Assembly: GCA_951406725.2 (NCBI GenBank)
Contig: OX597814.1
Location: 60,202,001 to 60,266,000, forward strand
Source of the DNA: Octopus vulgaris
Taxonomy: Eukaryota
Length of the DNA stretch: 64,000 nt
Direction: 5' to 3'
Shown here: one piece after another, positions 1-12,060 of the stretch
Layout: each line of letters begins with the position of its first letter
How positions within the stretch are numbered: the stretch's first letter is position 1
Notes under the pieces: model-generated
Seen by the model: only the letters and a program-made list of their open reading frames with translations
Database searches by the model: none
What the model was told of the DNA's origin: nothing
Position numbers and translations under genes: made by a program

Positions 1-55
1 TAATCAAGGTACTACCTTCCTATGCGACATGATGCTGTCGTAAGAACAATATATA

Positions 56-621
56 TTGGGTTGTCCGGAAAGTTCACGCCGATTTTTAAAGGAAAGAAAA
101 AGGTCAATAAATACTTGCCATTGCATTTTTAATCAACCAAATATGAACCATGCACAATGCACAATGCGTCTCCATATTTCCTTTAACTTGAAAATACCCT
201 CTTCCCAGAAATGAGGTGGTTTCATGGCAAAGAATTCATCAAGGTATCTTTTAACGTCATCCAAGGAATTGAAATTTTTACCAATAAGATTATTCTGCAA
301 AGATCTGAATAAGTGGAAATCCAAAGCAGCAATATCTGGAGAATATGGAGGGTGGGGTAATACATTCCAGCCAAGCTGCAGCAATTTTTGTCTGATTCCC
401 AAGGCATCAAATGCCGAAAATGAACTTTCTTATCTTCCATTTTAAAGGGTTACAGAATTAACACAGGTTATAGGAACATAAATCTTCTTCACAAAAAGAT
501 AGCTTAAACTGTGCTCTAAATGGAGGTGTAGTCAAATTCTATTTTATGGACTCAACCATGTTCTAAAATAAGTCGAAAGGTAAGCTGCTATAAATCGGCA
601 CGAACTTTCCGGACAACCCAA
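56..621 (-). mobile_element. Internally deleted mariner transposon (non-autonomous)
   Basis: ~30-bp TIRs (ttgggttgtccggaaagttcacgccgattt / aaatcggcacgaactttccggacaacccaa) flanked by TA. Transposase N-terminus MEDKKVHFRHLM (from 440) is joined to the C-terminus LPHPPYSPDIA..DFHLF (mariner YSPDLAP motif, ORF 133-402). Confidence 0.92.
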
Positions 622-1164
622 TATAATGCCAACCGGGAGAGAGAATGCCCTGGAATAAATATGGAGAATCCGCTGTTATTAAATACGTACACAAATACCT
701 ACACAAGCAATACTGGTGGAACATTTCCATCAAAACATTTAAGTGTAAGCATAACAGGCCGAATGTCGTTGTTTGAGATATACAAGGAAAAGTATGTACC
801 GCCACTGTCAGCTGTCCTGTTGATGTAAATATTTCTTAGAAAATCAAAGAGAAAGAAGATCACTATGGGCAACTGCTTCGAAACTTTCAGCGCCTGTATC
901 CGGATTACAAATTTACTTTTATACCAGTAATAATTGAAGCAGTTGGTTTTTTAAGTTAATGCCTTGCAGCTTAGATTTTCAGAGTAAGAAATCATCCGAT
1001 TCGTACGTTATAAGCCGAATAGTAAAACCGTGCAAGACTTTTTTCCGGTTAAAAATGTGCCATTGTTTTTGTTATCTACATTTCAACGATGGAGTTTTGT
1101 ATATCAGTTAGAAACTAGCTCCATTTTTAGAGAACGAATTTCAAAGATTAAATACAGAAGAGAT

Positions 1165-1450
1165 ATACATACATACATACATACATACATACATACATAC
1201 ATACATACATACATACATACATACATACATACATACATACATACATACATGCATGCATGCATGCATACATACGTACTTACATACATACATACATACATAC
1301 AAACATACATACATACATACATACATATACATATATGTGTGTGTGCGTGCGTGTATGTGTACATGTGTATGTGTGTGCGTGCATGCGTGTGTGTGTATAT
1401 AGGTACGTATGTATGTAGGTATGTACGCACGTACCTTATGTATGTGTATA
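1165..1450. repeat. (ACAT)n / (GT)n compound microsatellite
   Basis: Directly visible; produces spurious ORFs such as 1030-1455 and 1104-1544. Confidence 0.97.
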
Positions 1451-4189
1451 GGTAATCAGTGTACGAATGTGTGTGTATGTCCTCTATTGATGTGCACTGA
1501 GAGATTTCGAACGTACGAGCGCCAATGAGTAATTTAAGAAGCAATCATCAGGCAATCAACAACGTACACAATTCATTGGAACCAATCACTAAATTACTAC
1601 ATCAGAAACCTTGTTTAGTGGCGCCTGAAATCGAAGTAATACATAAAATCTTATCACTATGATAAAAGAACGAACAATTTATTCACAGTTTTAATAATGC
1701 TACAATTCATGCACACACACATACACACACTCACGGACACGGACACGCATACATGTGCACACACAGAGACTTACACGTAGAAATACACAATGCATGGCCT
1801 ACAAACATGTATGCATCATGTGCGTGTATATGTATATGCAAGTGTGTGAGCAAAAATATGCGTATATATATATATATACATACATATATATATATTGTGT
1901 GTGTGCGTGTGTGAGTGTGTGTATAAATGTATTTAGTTTGTAATATAAGCATATATATGCATGTATGTATGTATGTATATGTATGTATATATATATATCT
2001 TATTTATATATATAAGGAGAGGGAGAGAGAAAAACAGACAGACAGAAACATGCTCACAAACACACACATACATACACATATGCTTAGCTGGCTTACAGTC
2101 TAAATTTGTACATGCAATATTGGATTTTGTGGTCAATATTGTCTTTATAGGTTCATTTATGATCCATTTGTAATCAATTTATTTAGGTTTTTACCTCCCT
2201 ATTTGCAGCCATTGCTATAATCTGAGAGAATATTCAACCATTCCTCTTCCGTTTAGGCCATTAAACAATACGTCTATATTTAGTTAGATATTATAAGTGT
2301 TAATTATTTTTCTTAATAGAGCCACAGTATTTTAAAGTATGGAGTAGACTAAAAGTAGATTACGGGTAAACAGGGGAGGCCTTCACCGGTAAACTTACAG
2401 AATGTAGTTTGTGAGTCTAGACAAGTTTCAAAATCGGAAAAAAAATGAACGTGACGGTTCTAGATAGAAAGGAAATTTTTAGTTTAGAAATGAATTTTTT
2501 CTCAACCAATTCTCCCAGCAAAATGCACACCTGGACACACTTACAAACGACATTATAGCAAGCTGGGTTTTATTCAATCATTTTTAATGGCGTCAAATGC
2601 CATGTGGCAAAATCGTTAAAAAAATCCATTATAAGATCCATATCATAATAAAGGCCATATCTTATAGTCTTCATTGTAATGTGTATTACCATCTGCTTGG
2701 CCTGCAATTTATCCAAGCGAAAAGTTTCGTTGACTCTTTTTTTGTAAACACCGAAAAAAAATTGTTATGGCAAGCAACTATTTTTAACTGAAACAAAGAT
2801 TGAGAAAAGAGAGAGAGAGAGAGTCTAAGAGAAGTGGTGAATAACTTAAGGCAGATATACACGAATTGATGAAGAGAGAAAATAAATATATTGATCATCT
2901 GATATCAATAGCCATGAATATTGGGCTTTATAATCATGGTTTATTTATTTCTTTGATCTTTTCTTATAACCCAATAAAATATCTACCAGAGATGAAAGTA
3001 CTTTGTATAATTCCTTCCAGATATAAATTAAGAGAATATGCAAATTTGATGAAAAAAAACATAGATAACTGAGCTCTTTGAGACTATGCAATGAATCTAC
3101 TACAGATGAAAAGTGAGATCCGTGGCCACGCACAACTGCTGGATCTCAGCGAAAGCATTCGTCTACATCGTCTATATATGTATACACATCGAAGTCAAAT
3201 GAGCTACATGCATGAGAGCAATTTACATTAGTAATGCCATGTAATAAGTCAACTTAAATTTTGTTAAATGCACCTGATTACATATAGGGTCTTGTAAAAT
3301 GCAGTTGTATTAGATAATTAAGAAACAAACTACGTATATCAATGCTCGGGTTTTTTTAAAGAACCGAGATGTAAATATCAATGTCCTAAAAACACTGAAC
3401 GAATGAGCAAATAATGATTGAATGATCCTATTTTAAAAATCTTACAAATAATACAGAATATATAAAGAAGCTTATAGTACGATTGTATACACAAACAAAC
3501 ACTACGGAACGATGCATGCATTATAGTAAATTACAGAAAATAAGCTTGTAGAACTGAACTCAAGTACAGTACAGGCGCCATCACTGCAATACGCTTCCGA
3601 AATTAACACGTCCGTAAAAAGTTTGTTTCAGGGGTTCATTTAGTTAGTTTAGCAGAAAGCGTGATGTGAACTTCCAGCTATTGATAAAAAATAAAATACC
3701 AGTCATTTTCATATAGCTTCACCATCATCCAATGTCTAAAGAGACCGTAGATGTACAAGTGATGCCCATTCCCCTATTACTCTGTCATATACCACTTATT
3801 GGGGTTCTCAACTTATCCTACATGGTATTTGAGGTTTGTTGTGCATTCATGTTGAATTCCAATTTATAGATAATCTTAAAGATGACTGCCGGAAGCATAT
3901 TGGAATTCTTGGTTATCTTCATTTTACTTTATAAGAATAAAAATTTAATTGGACAATTAATGAATATGGGACGTGCCGTTTTAGAAATGTCTATATGATG
4001 GTGCCTGCATTTAGAGATGTCTTATTTAAAAGTTGCTTGATTGTATCGATGACTTCAGCTTAATCAGCAAATCATTTAGCTTTCTATTGATGTCTTCTTT
4101 AAACAACCTGTCAATAGTTTCCATTTTTATTGGTGTATTCACAATGTTTTCAGAGTTTAGTCTTACAATTCCGAACTGAAAATAAAATC

Positions 4190-5065
4190 TGAGCAAATTC
4201 CAGCATCATTAACATTAGCAAGTTGAGCATTTACAAGGCTTGCGTACTAACTGTTCTATTCTACGCCTCTGAAAAATGGAAAGTACACTATAGGCATCTC
4301 AAGCTGCTTGAGCGCAATCATCATAAATGTTTGAGACATTCATCATTAATTGGCAAAGTAAAACATCTTCCACACAAGTGTGTGAAAATGCAGAATATAC
4401 AAGCTTTCACTCATCATAAAAATATTCACTCATCATTTCTTATTAGTTGCATTGGGTAGCCATGTTGAGTTTATAGAAGATAATGGGATTACAAAGCAGC
4501 GCTTCTACGGTGTACTACCCTGCAAAACATCGTCAGCACAAACGACAGAAAGGTAGAAAAACTGCATAAATGGCAAACTGAAGGAATTGCAAATCAATAT
4601 AAAGAACTAGGTAAAACTAGCTTTCGAAAGAGCTAGGTTGGGGAAGTGCAAAAGAGAAGATTGTAACACTTTTGAAGTGGGACGCTTTGAGTTTCAATGC
4701 TTAAAGCACTGGCTTCAGAAGAGCTTCTTATCAAAATCTAAGTGAGAACGTACAAGAATGGAGGTGTGAAACAAGTGGACGTGTACTTCCTTCGAAGGCT
4801 AGGTATGCCAACCACCTAAAGTTCCATAAAAGATCAGCTGTATGCAATGCCCTTACTCTTAGATTGGTTGGATTGATATGTGTAGTGTGTGAAGGGGTTT
4901 GCAAATTAATTTTCGGTCTGATGGAGCATATGGCGGTTCACAAAGACAAAATATCACAAAGCGATCCAATGAATCTAGCGAAAGTTTCAACATTCGTCTG
5001 TCACTTATGCTTTCCAATTATATAGATCTGCATCGGAGCTGAATAGTCATCTGACATCACAGATG
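4190..5065 (+). mobile_element. RTE-clade LINE 3' fragment, degenerate, with C-terminal C2H2-like fingers
   Basis: KLSIYKACVLTVLFYASEKW..HLKLLERNHHKCLR and EDNGITKQRFYG resemble RTE post-RT motifs (LLYGxETW; RxPKQxxYG). Frameshifts and stops present; zinc fingers at 4759-5060. Confidence 0.8.
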
Positions 5066-5945
5066 GAATGTCAGAAATGTCATTGACAATGCGTAAGTCA
5101 GAGAGAATAAATATTTGTGAAGATGGAGGAATCACCATATATGTACGTATGTACATATGTATATGTGTGTCCGTATCTGTGTTTAGATCGCTTAACTTTC
5201 TTTTGATAACTACTTTCGCATACGATGATACCCATTGACATTTTTTCATTCAGTCTGTTGCATATTTACTAGCATATTCACAATGTTATTTTCAATTCTA
5301 AAGTCTGTTGGAGCTTCACAGCGCACGGCAGCAATTTCTCTATATAATGATAAATGTACTCACTTCTATTTCAATGGATTTTTTTTCTTTTACTGGAAAA
5401 GAAATTCTTCTCAGTGCTGCTATATCAGTGATACACCTCGAAATCTTTCAATTTGCTGATGTTATTCTTCTCTTTAGTCGGACCGATTTTTCATTGACAA
5501 TAAAAACAAAATTGCAAACGCGTTTCGCACGTAATGAAAAGTGGCTTTCTTTTCATGGACTACTAATCAAAATCGAGTGAGACATACTGTCTAGAACAAA
5601 CAAACTATATTTTACACATTAAACACATGCTTGGTTTTCATATCACCGAAGCGAAATTTTTCAGGCATATACACCAAACGCCACCTCTACCTATACATTT
5701 TTGTCTGGTGTCATGCAAGCCACAACCACTGAAAAAGATTCTGATCTTTAATCTTCAAAGTTTTAGACGTTATTACAAGAACAATGCGTTCTCATTCATA
5801 CCCATTTAATCTTAACTCAAGGTTTACTACATTATTATGTATCTCTGAGAAGAGACAGATGAAGATCTATGGAAGAAGAAATTTTTCTTTACTACTTTCA
5901 GCTCGAGAGCTGTGTCTATACAGAGGCACCACCGCTAAACGTGAA

Positions 5946-6054
5946 ATGCTTATAACACCTACGTTTCCCAAGCGGCCAACCATCTAAATCCTAACTAGGC
6001 TCTACATTTCTTAACTGCGTTGATCAGTGCATTCGACATGATATAGCCGTAAAC
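5946..6054 (-). pseudogene. 5S rRNA-derived sequence (pseudogene or SINE3 head)
   Basis: Minus strand reads gtttacggctatatcatgtcgaatgcactgatcaacgcagttaagaaatgtagagcctagttaggatttagatggttggccgcttgggaaacgtaggtgttataagcat. This is colinear with metazoan 5S rRNA, with a ~10-nt deletion and many substitutions. Confidence 0.8.
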
Positions 6055-6289
6055 ACTACCTCCGCTTTCTCTATAGAACTAAAATAATACATATCTGTTA
6101 AATTTACTTTAGACATAACACAGCCCAAGATCCAGTCTTACAGTAAACGAGCCAATGACGAATCTCATATGTGGTCTCTCAAGCCACCAACTCTCCCTTA
6201 TATCAAAGCCTGCTGTACTAAATACCGTTTATACATGGAAAAAGGAGCCATAACCACTATGGAGTGCGACAGGGCAAAGGTTTTCTCGG

Positions 6290-6332
6290 TCAGAGCCAAT
6301 AAAATATGACAGAGCCAATAAAATATGACAGA
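6290..6332. repeat. 19-bp tandem duplication (cagagccaataaaatatga x2 plus partial)
   Basis: Directly visible. Confidence 0.9.
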
Positions 6333-6909
6333 ACCATCACAACAATTTAGAGTCAAGAGGAGAATACAATACTGTGGGACATTATATAGAATAACATTAC
6401 AGTACTTACAGAATTAAATATTCTATTACACTACAGAAGAGTATATCATAGATATTAATAAAGAAACGAACATTGCAACACAACGCAATAACCACAATTA
6501 ATGTGACTGACAAAGGCAAATCAACGTGACAATGTAATACAGAAAGTAGTGCTTCAGAATAGTGAAGAAAAACTAACACAGGTATAGACTACACAAAATT
6601 ATGCCATTGTACAATATAAAAGATAATGCTACGATATCAGAACTACATTTAATTAGTCGTTTACAATTTTGAATGGCGGTTCTCATTTTTTAGGAATTTT
6701 CTTATTCGAAACTATATCTTTCAACAATGATCATAATCAATTATAAATCAAAATCTATTAGTATTTTTCTTACAATTTCAATATTTCATATCACTGCGAT
6801 GTAATAAATGAAAATGCATACTGTCGGTGTTAATGCTTTTCTGAATGCGGTTAGTCCACATGAGTCCGTAAAGAGTATAGATTTGGTTTCCTAATTGCTA
6901 TGACTTAAT

Positions 6910-7098
6910 TATTCCTCCCTGGATGAGACGCCGGTCTGTCGCAGGATTACTCATTTTTACCAGCCGAAAGGACTGGAGCAACGTGAAATAAAGTATTTTC
7001 CTCAAGAACACAACGCATCGCCCGGTCCAGGAATTGAAACCACAATCTTATGATTATGTGCCCAACACTCCTTACTTCAAAACCATGCGCCTCTACTA
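6910..7098 (-). mobile_element. tRNA-derived SINE (family C here), degenerate
   Basis: Minus strand has a tRNA-like head (B box gtttcaattcc) followed by a ttcttgaggaaaatacttta core-like block. Confidence 0.65.
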
Positions 7099-7111
7099 CA
7101 TTCCTGAATAA

Positions 7112-7300
7112 TATTTGTGGGGGAGTGGACCAGTCGATTAGATCGACTCCATTACGCAACTGGTACTTAATTTATTGACCTCGAAAGGATGAAAGGCAAA
7201 GTCGACCTCGGCGGAATTTGAACTCAGAACATAAAGACAGACGAAATGCCGCTAAGAACTTCGCCTGGCGTGCTAACGATTTTGCCAGCTCGCCGACTTA
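7112..7300 (-). mobile_element. tRNA-derived SINE family A (head ggcggcgagctggcagaa, body gtcgactttgcctttcatcctttcggggtcgataaa)
   Basis: Homologous to more than 15 other copies in this window; A box (agctggcagaa) and B box (gagttcaaatt). Confidence 0.9.
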
Positions 7301-7676
7301 TAAATTAACAGTAGCTTTATCATGCAAATATTATATAAATTATATGATGGAAATCTAAATTGAATAAATCAATGGTTTACTGCAAAGATAGAATGTGTCA
7401 GAGCCTATTGTATGACGATATAGCTAAAGAGAAAGAACTTTCAGGTGAATTAGGGCACCCGATTAACAATTACTACATTGTGATTTTATTCTTTTCTATC
7501 ATTAATGCACTCATTTAATTAAATACTCTTCGTTATTGGCTCGTTTTAAATATTCTTCAATGAAATATTTTGCAATGTTACTAATTACCGTGAAAAGCTG
7601 CATTAGAGTATTTTAAAATGTGTTTAAACTTGTATTACTTACAAGAGCAAGTGGTTTTCTGTCTAACGTATGTATG

Positions 7677-7710
<34 letters not shown>

Positions 7711-8814
7711 CATTTATGTATATATGTGCGTGTGTGTATGTATATAAAATGTAAATGATTAAGCATATTCAGGTTTAATCATAAGTACACTCTTTTCTTT
7801 AAACTTCACTTCACTGTATCAGCCAAGTAATGCATTGTATATGCAAATTTTTAGAGACAACAAATTAACATAAAAGAAGCAGTCTGCCGTACTAAATTAA
7901 CACATATAAAGAATATCGTATAACATTTAACGAAAGACACAAATATTACAGAAATATGTAGTTCATTATTCTTTACAGACAATTGGCCTAATGCGTAATT
8001 ATAAAAGAAAAAATAATTCAATAATTAAAGTTTTAGAATAATTAGAACTAACAATTTAAATTCAGATACGTGTCGCATTTTCAGCAATTTCATTAGCGTT
8101 TATTGAAAAAATAATTCCCTTTATTGTTCCTTAAAGAAATTCAGTAATCCGTTTTCTGTTATTTAATTAATGATAATTTGCCGAATCACAATAAAATAAT
8201 AAAAGAAAATGCTCCAATATTTTCAGATATTAGAGTAACACATTTGATTTTATGTCGTTAGATGTTCGTTGTTTTGAAGAATATTAATAATAGGGTCACC
8301 CTACATTGCTATAAAATTATCAGTCCTAACGTTATAACTGATGATAAATTACAAATTTATTATTAAAGTGTCTTCATATATCAATATGCTACGAAATTAA
8401 AAATTTCTAGAAAAAGTATTGTAATATTTCTCTTTTATTATTTTGTTAATTTGATTACTTGAATGTCTTCATAATGATAAGTTTGACCCATAAAATGTAG
8501 CGAATAGAAAAGAAACATTAGAATCTTCGATTAAATGTCATATAGCTTTTCGGCATGATTCTTTATATCCGGAGTTCGAATTCAGCTGTTTGTGGTGGTT
8601 TGTATTCGTTGCAAGTATAAAGGACAAAAGTTACATATTCAAGTGGATTTACTTAATATCATAGATTATTTATCTTATACTGTAATGCGTAAACAATGAG
8701 TGTGAGCAGATTCAAAACGGAAACGTCACCGGTACACAGGATTTCTGGAAGCGGGGATGTCAAAGGAATATCTAACTGAATAGACAGTAAACAACTTGTG
8801 GTTAGTGGACCCAT

Positions 8815-9039
8815 GATTCATGGTCTCCTTTCTATAATGAAATTAACTTAAAGCCTAATGAAAAGGAAATCGAAAGATATTAGTAGGGCTAAATTCATGG
8901 GGCAAAAATTCTCTTGCAAATAATTGTGGTGTTTCCATCTATTAGGGTTCTATTCCCATTCATCAGCTAATGTAATACACCCCGCCACAAATGTATGCTT
9001 TCGGTGCGAATGGTTTTGTATTACGGCGCCGTAATACAA

Positions 9040-9040
<1 letters not shown>
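8815..9040 (-). mobile_element. Penelope-like terminal-repeat fragment; inverted copy of 11843-12060
   Basis: ~215 bp highly similar to the reverse complement of 11843-12060. Ends in the palindrome tttgtattacggcgccgtaatacaaa next to (CA)/(TA)n; contains a hammerhead-like core. Confidence 0.55.
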
Positions 9041-9115
<75 letters not shown>

Positions 9116-9125
9116 ATATATATAC

Positions 9126-9156
<31 letters not shown>

Positions 9157-9157
9157 C

Positions 9158-9204
<47 letters not shown>

Positions 9205-9245
9205 CATATATATATACATATATACATATATATATACATATATAC

Positions 9246-9276
<31 letters not shown>

Positions 9277-9291
9277 CATATATATATATAC

Positions 9292-9360
<69 letters not shown>
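9041..9360. repeat. (CA)n-(TA)n microsatellite
   Basis: Directly visible. Confidence 0.98.
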
Positions 9361-9369
<9 letters not shown>

Positions 9370-9742
9370 AAAGTGAGGTTGTGTGCTGTCTGTCTCCTAC
9401 AATTTAGATTCCTAACTACTCCAACATTTTGCGGTGCAGTTTAACCAAAACCGGGTATCTTATAGTCGTGATTCATATCGAGCTCTTCTGGGAATTAGCG
9501 CGCGTCTACGATGAGTCTACGATTTAAAAAAAAATTTACCATCAATTTCCCCATTTTTAATGTATTTTTGGCATATATAAGGGAAGTAACTCTCTAAAAA
9601 ATTATTATTAAATCTCAGAACGTAACCCCCCCCCCACTTTGTGGTTAGCCATATTGAGATGGCTATTATACTTTACATCTCTAAAAATGCTTATATAGTT
9701 ATTTCCCTTACAATCCCGAGCAACGCCGGGCGATACTGTTAG
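9360..9742 (+). mobile_element. Non-autonomous Helitron
   Basis: 5' tatatataaaagtgagg start; 3' subterminal hairpin cccgagcaacgccggg followed ~8 nt later by ttag|t (CTAG variant); sits in AT-repeat context. Confidence 0.75.
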
Positions 9743-9758
9743 TATATATATATATATA

Positions 9759-10105
9759 TGTTTCAGTCATTTACCTGCAGCCCTGCTGGAGCACCGCCTT
9801 TAGTCGAAAAATTGACCTCAGGACTTATTATTTATAAGCCTAGTACTTTTTCTATCGATCTATTTTGCTGAACCGCTAAGTTACGGGGACGTAAACACAG
9901 CAACATCGGATGTCAAGCAATGGTGGGAGACAAACACATACACACATATGACAGGCTTCTTTCTGTGTCTGTCTACCAAATTCACTCACAAAACTTTGGT
10001 CGGCCTGAGGCTGTAGTGGAAGACACTTGCCCAAGGTGCCACGCAGTGGGGTGAGAACCCAGAACCATGTAGTTGGTAAGTAAGCTACTTACCACACATC
10101 CACTC
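9759..10105 (-). mobile_element. tRNA-derived CORE-type SINE family B (possibly octopus OR2-like)
   Basis: Homologous to 32214-32634; core-like ccttgggcaagtgtcttc block and tRNA head on the minus strand. Confidence 0.88.
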
Positions 10106-10459
10106 AGTTACTTGTTTTTGTAACCAGTAGAGTTGAAAAGGTCAGACGCCAGGTTATGTTTAGAATACTAACACCACGTGTATGAAATTTTTGGTTGGAC
10201 TTGTATTTAGTTCAGATGATATCCGAAGTGCTATTAATAGCACACTGAAGAAGCGGCAATTGACATCAAAATGCACACCGCGAAGCAAAATTGGCAGGTA
10301 TGGCTCTGTAAGTGCTACGGAAGGATCGTAGTTGGACTCCCAGTTCGATAATAGTATGAGTGAGGAATCTAATGCCGGTCTTGTGTGAGCATGTATATGT
10401 TAAATAAAATGAAACAAAGCCAAGGCAGCGAGAAATTTTCAGGACATTTATTAAAAGAA

Positions 10460-10514
10460 AGCTAGTCTTACAGCTGTCTCAGGGATACGAGGAATATCGC
10501 TTCATCAGAGTCAA
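10460..10514 (-). ncRNA. Degenerate minimal type I hammerhead ribozyme motif (Penelope-type)
   Basis: Minus strand: ttgact CUGAUGA agcgata-ttcctcg-tatccct GAGA cagctg UA agacta. Palindromic stem III (ACAGCUGU); GAAA mutated to GAGA; stem mismatches. Confidence 0.6.
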
Positions 10515-10559
10515 TATAAGGGAGTTAAATAGAGGGAATGTCTCATTTTATTTAACACG

Positions 10560-10641
<82 letters not shown>

Positions 10642-10643
<2 letters not shown>

Positions 10644-10910
10644 TCCCGGGTTCAGTCCCACTGCATGGTGCCTTGGGCAAGTGTCTTCTACTATAGCCTC
10701 AGGTCGACCAAAGCCTTGTGAGTGGATTAGGTAGACGGAAACAACATCGCTTGACAACCGAAGCTGGTGTGTTTACGTCCCCCTAACATAGCAGTTTGGT
10801 AAAAAGACCGATAGAATAGGTACTAGGCTTACAAACAACAAGCTCTTGGGTCAATTTGTTCGACTAAAGGTGGTGTTCCAACATAACCGCAGTCAAATGA
10901 CTGCAAGAAG
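10642..10910 (+). mobile_element. SINE family B, 5'-truncated
   Basis: ggttcagtcccactgcatggtgccttgggcaagtgtcttctactatagcctc... matches the other family B copies. Confidence 0.88.
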
Positions 10911-11370
10911 TATATATATATATATATATATGCACTGAGCAGAAACACTACATAGAAACCCAGAGAACAAAGCCTACTCAAAAATTAAGAACAACAAAAG
11001 CAAACAATCGCAAACAACACATAATACCCCCATCAGATATGTAGAATAGATGTAATACCCACATCAGATGTGTCGAATAGATGGCAATGTACTATCGCAC
11101 GTTTCGACCAAATTGTTGCAGTGAAATCAACAATTGGCTAACAAATTTCAATACTAACAGGAGCAAACGTTGGTAGAAAAGGTAAAAAAACAAAAGAGAA
11201 AACTTTCAGTAATTCCTATATAAAACATAAAAGACAAAGGCAAAGGTTGATATGGTACTAAGTAATGCCTGGAGAAAAACAATTCTGTTTGATGATTAAC
11301 GAAAAATACAAGACGGAGAACAGCAAAAGTTTGGCTCTCTTACTCAGCGCAGTTATATATATATCACTCT

Positions 11371-11458
<88 letters not shown>

Positions 11459-11575
11459 CTATGCTGAGTAAGAGGGCAAAAATTCGACAGCAGTCCCTTT
11501 GTTGCTCTTCTCCGTCTATGATTGATTGATTGATTCTAGTTTCAGCTTATGAGCTGTGGCCATATATATATATAT

Positions 11576-11813
11576 TAATGTTATTTTTATATAATTTTAA
11601 AGTTTATGACGATCAGCAGGTAATGACTAAGGAAAATAATCTAATAAAGGGGCATATAAGCCCTCGACAGAAAAAGGAAGGCTTTCCTATCTGCGTGGGA
11701 TAGGAAAGCCTTCTTTTTCTGTCGAAGGTTTATATGCCTCTTTATTAGACTACTTTCATTAGCCATTGCCCGGTGATCACCATAAGCTTTAAGCTTATAT
11801 AAAAATACCATTA
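11576..11813. repeat. ~240-bp fold-back palindrome (arms ~115 bp, loop ~7 nt)
   Basis: ...tcgacagaaaaaggaaggctttcctatc-tgcgtgg-gataggaaagccttctttttctgtcga...; pairing extends outward with scattered mismatches. Confidence 0.92.
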
Positions 11814-11842
11814 TTATTATAATTTACAGGAGTGTAAATCAA

Positions 11843-12060
11843 GGCGCCGTAATACAAAACCATTCGCACCGAAAGCATATATGTGTGTGTGTGGGCGTAT
11901 TACATTAGCTGAGGAATGGGAATAGGACCCTAATAGATGGAAACACCACAATTATTTGCAAGAGAATTTTTGCCCCATGAATTTAGCTCTTCTAATATCT
12001 TTCGATTTCCTTTTCAATAGGCTTTAAGTTAATTTCATTATAGAAAGGAGACCATGAATC
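11843..12060 (+). mobile_element. Penelope-like terminal-repeat fragment; inverted partner of 8815-9030
   Basis: Reverse complement of 8815-9030. Hammerhead-like attag-CUGAGGA-atggg...cccat-GAAU...ctaat at 11904-11996. Confidence 0.55.

Noticed and set aside
1030-2173. ORFs rich in YIHT/MYVC repeats (also at 8950-9444, 25207-25951, 30750-31263, 34983-35507, 41448-41858, 50263-50609, 61219-62459)
   Set aside because: These are translations of microsatellites with no protein signal.
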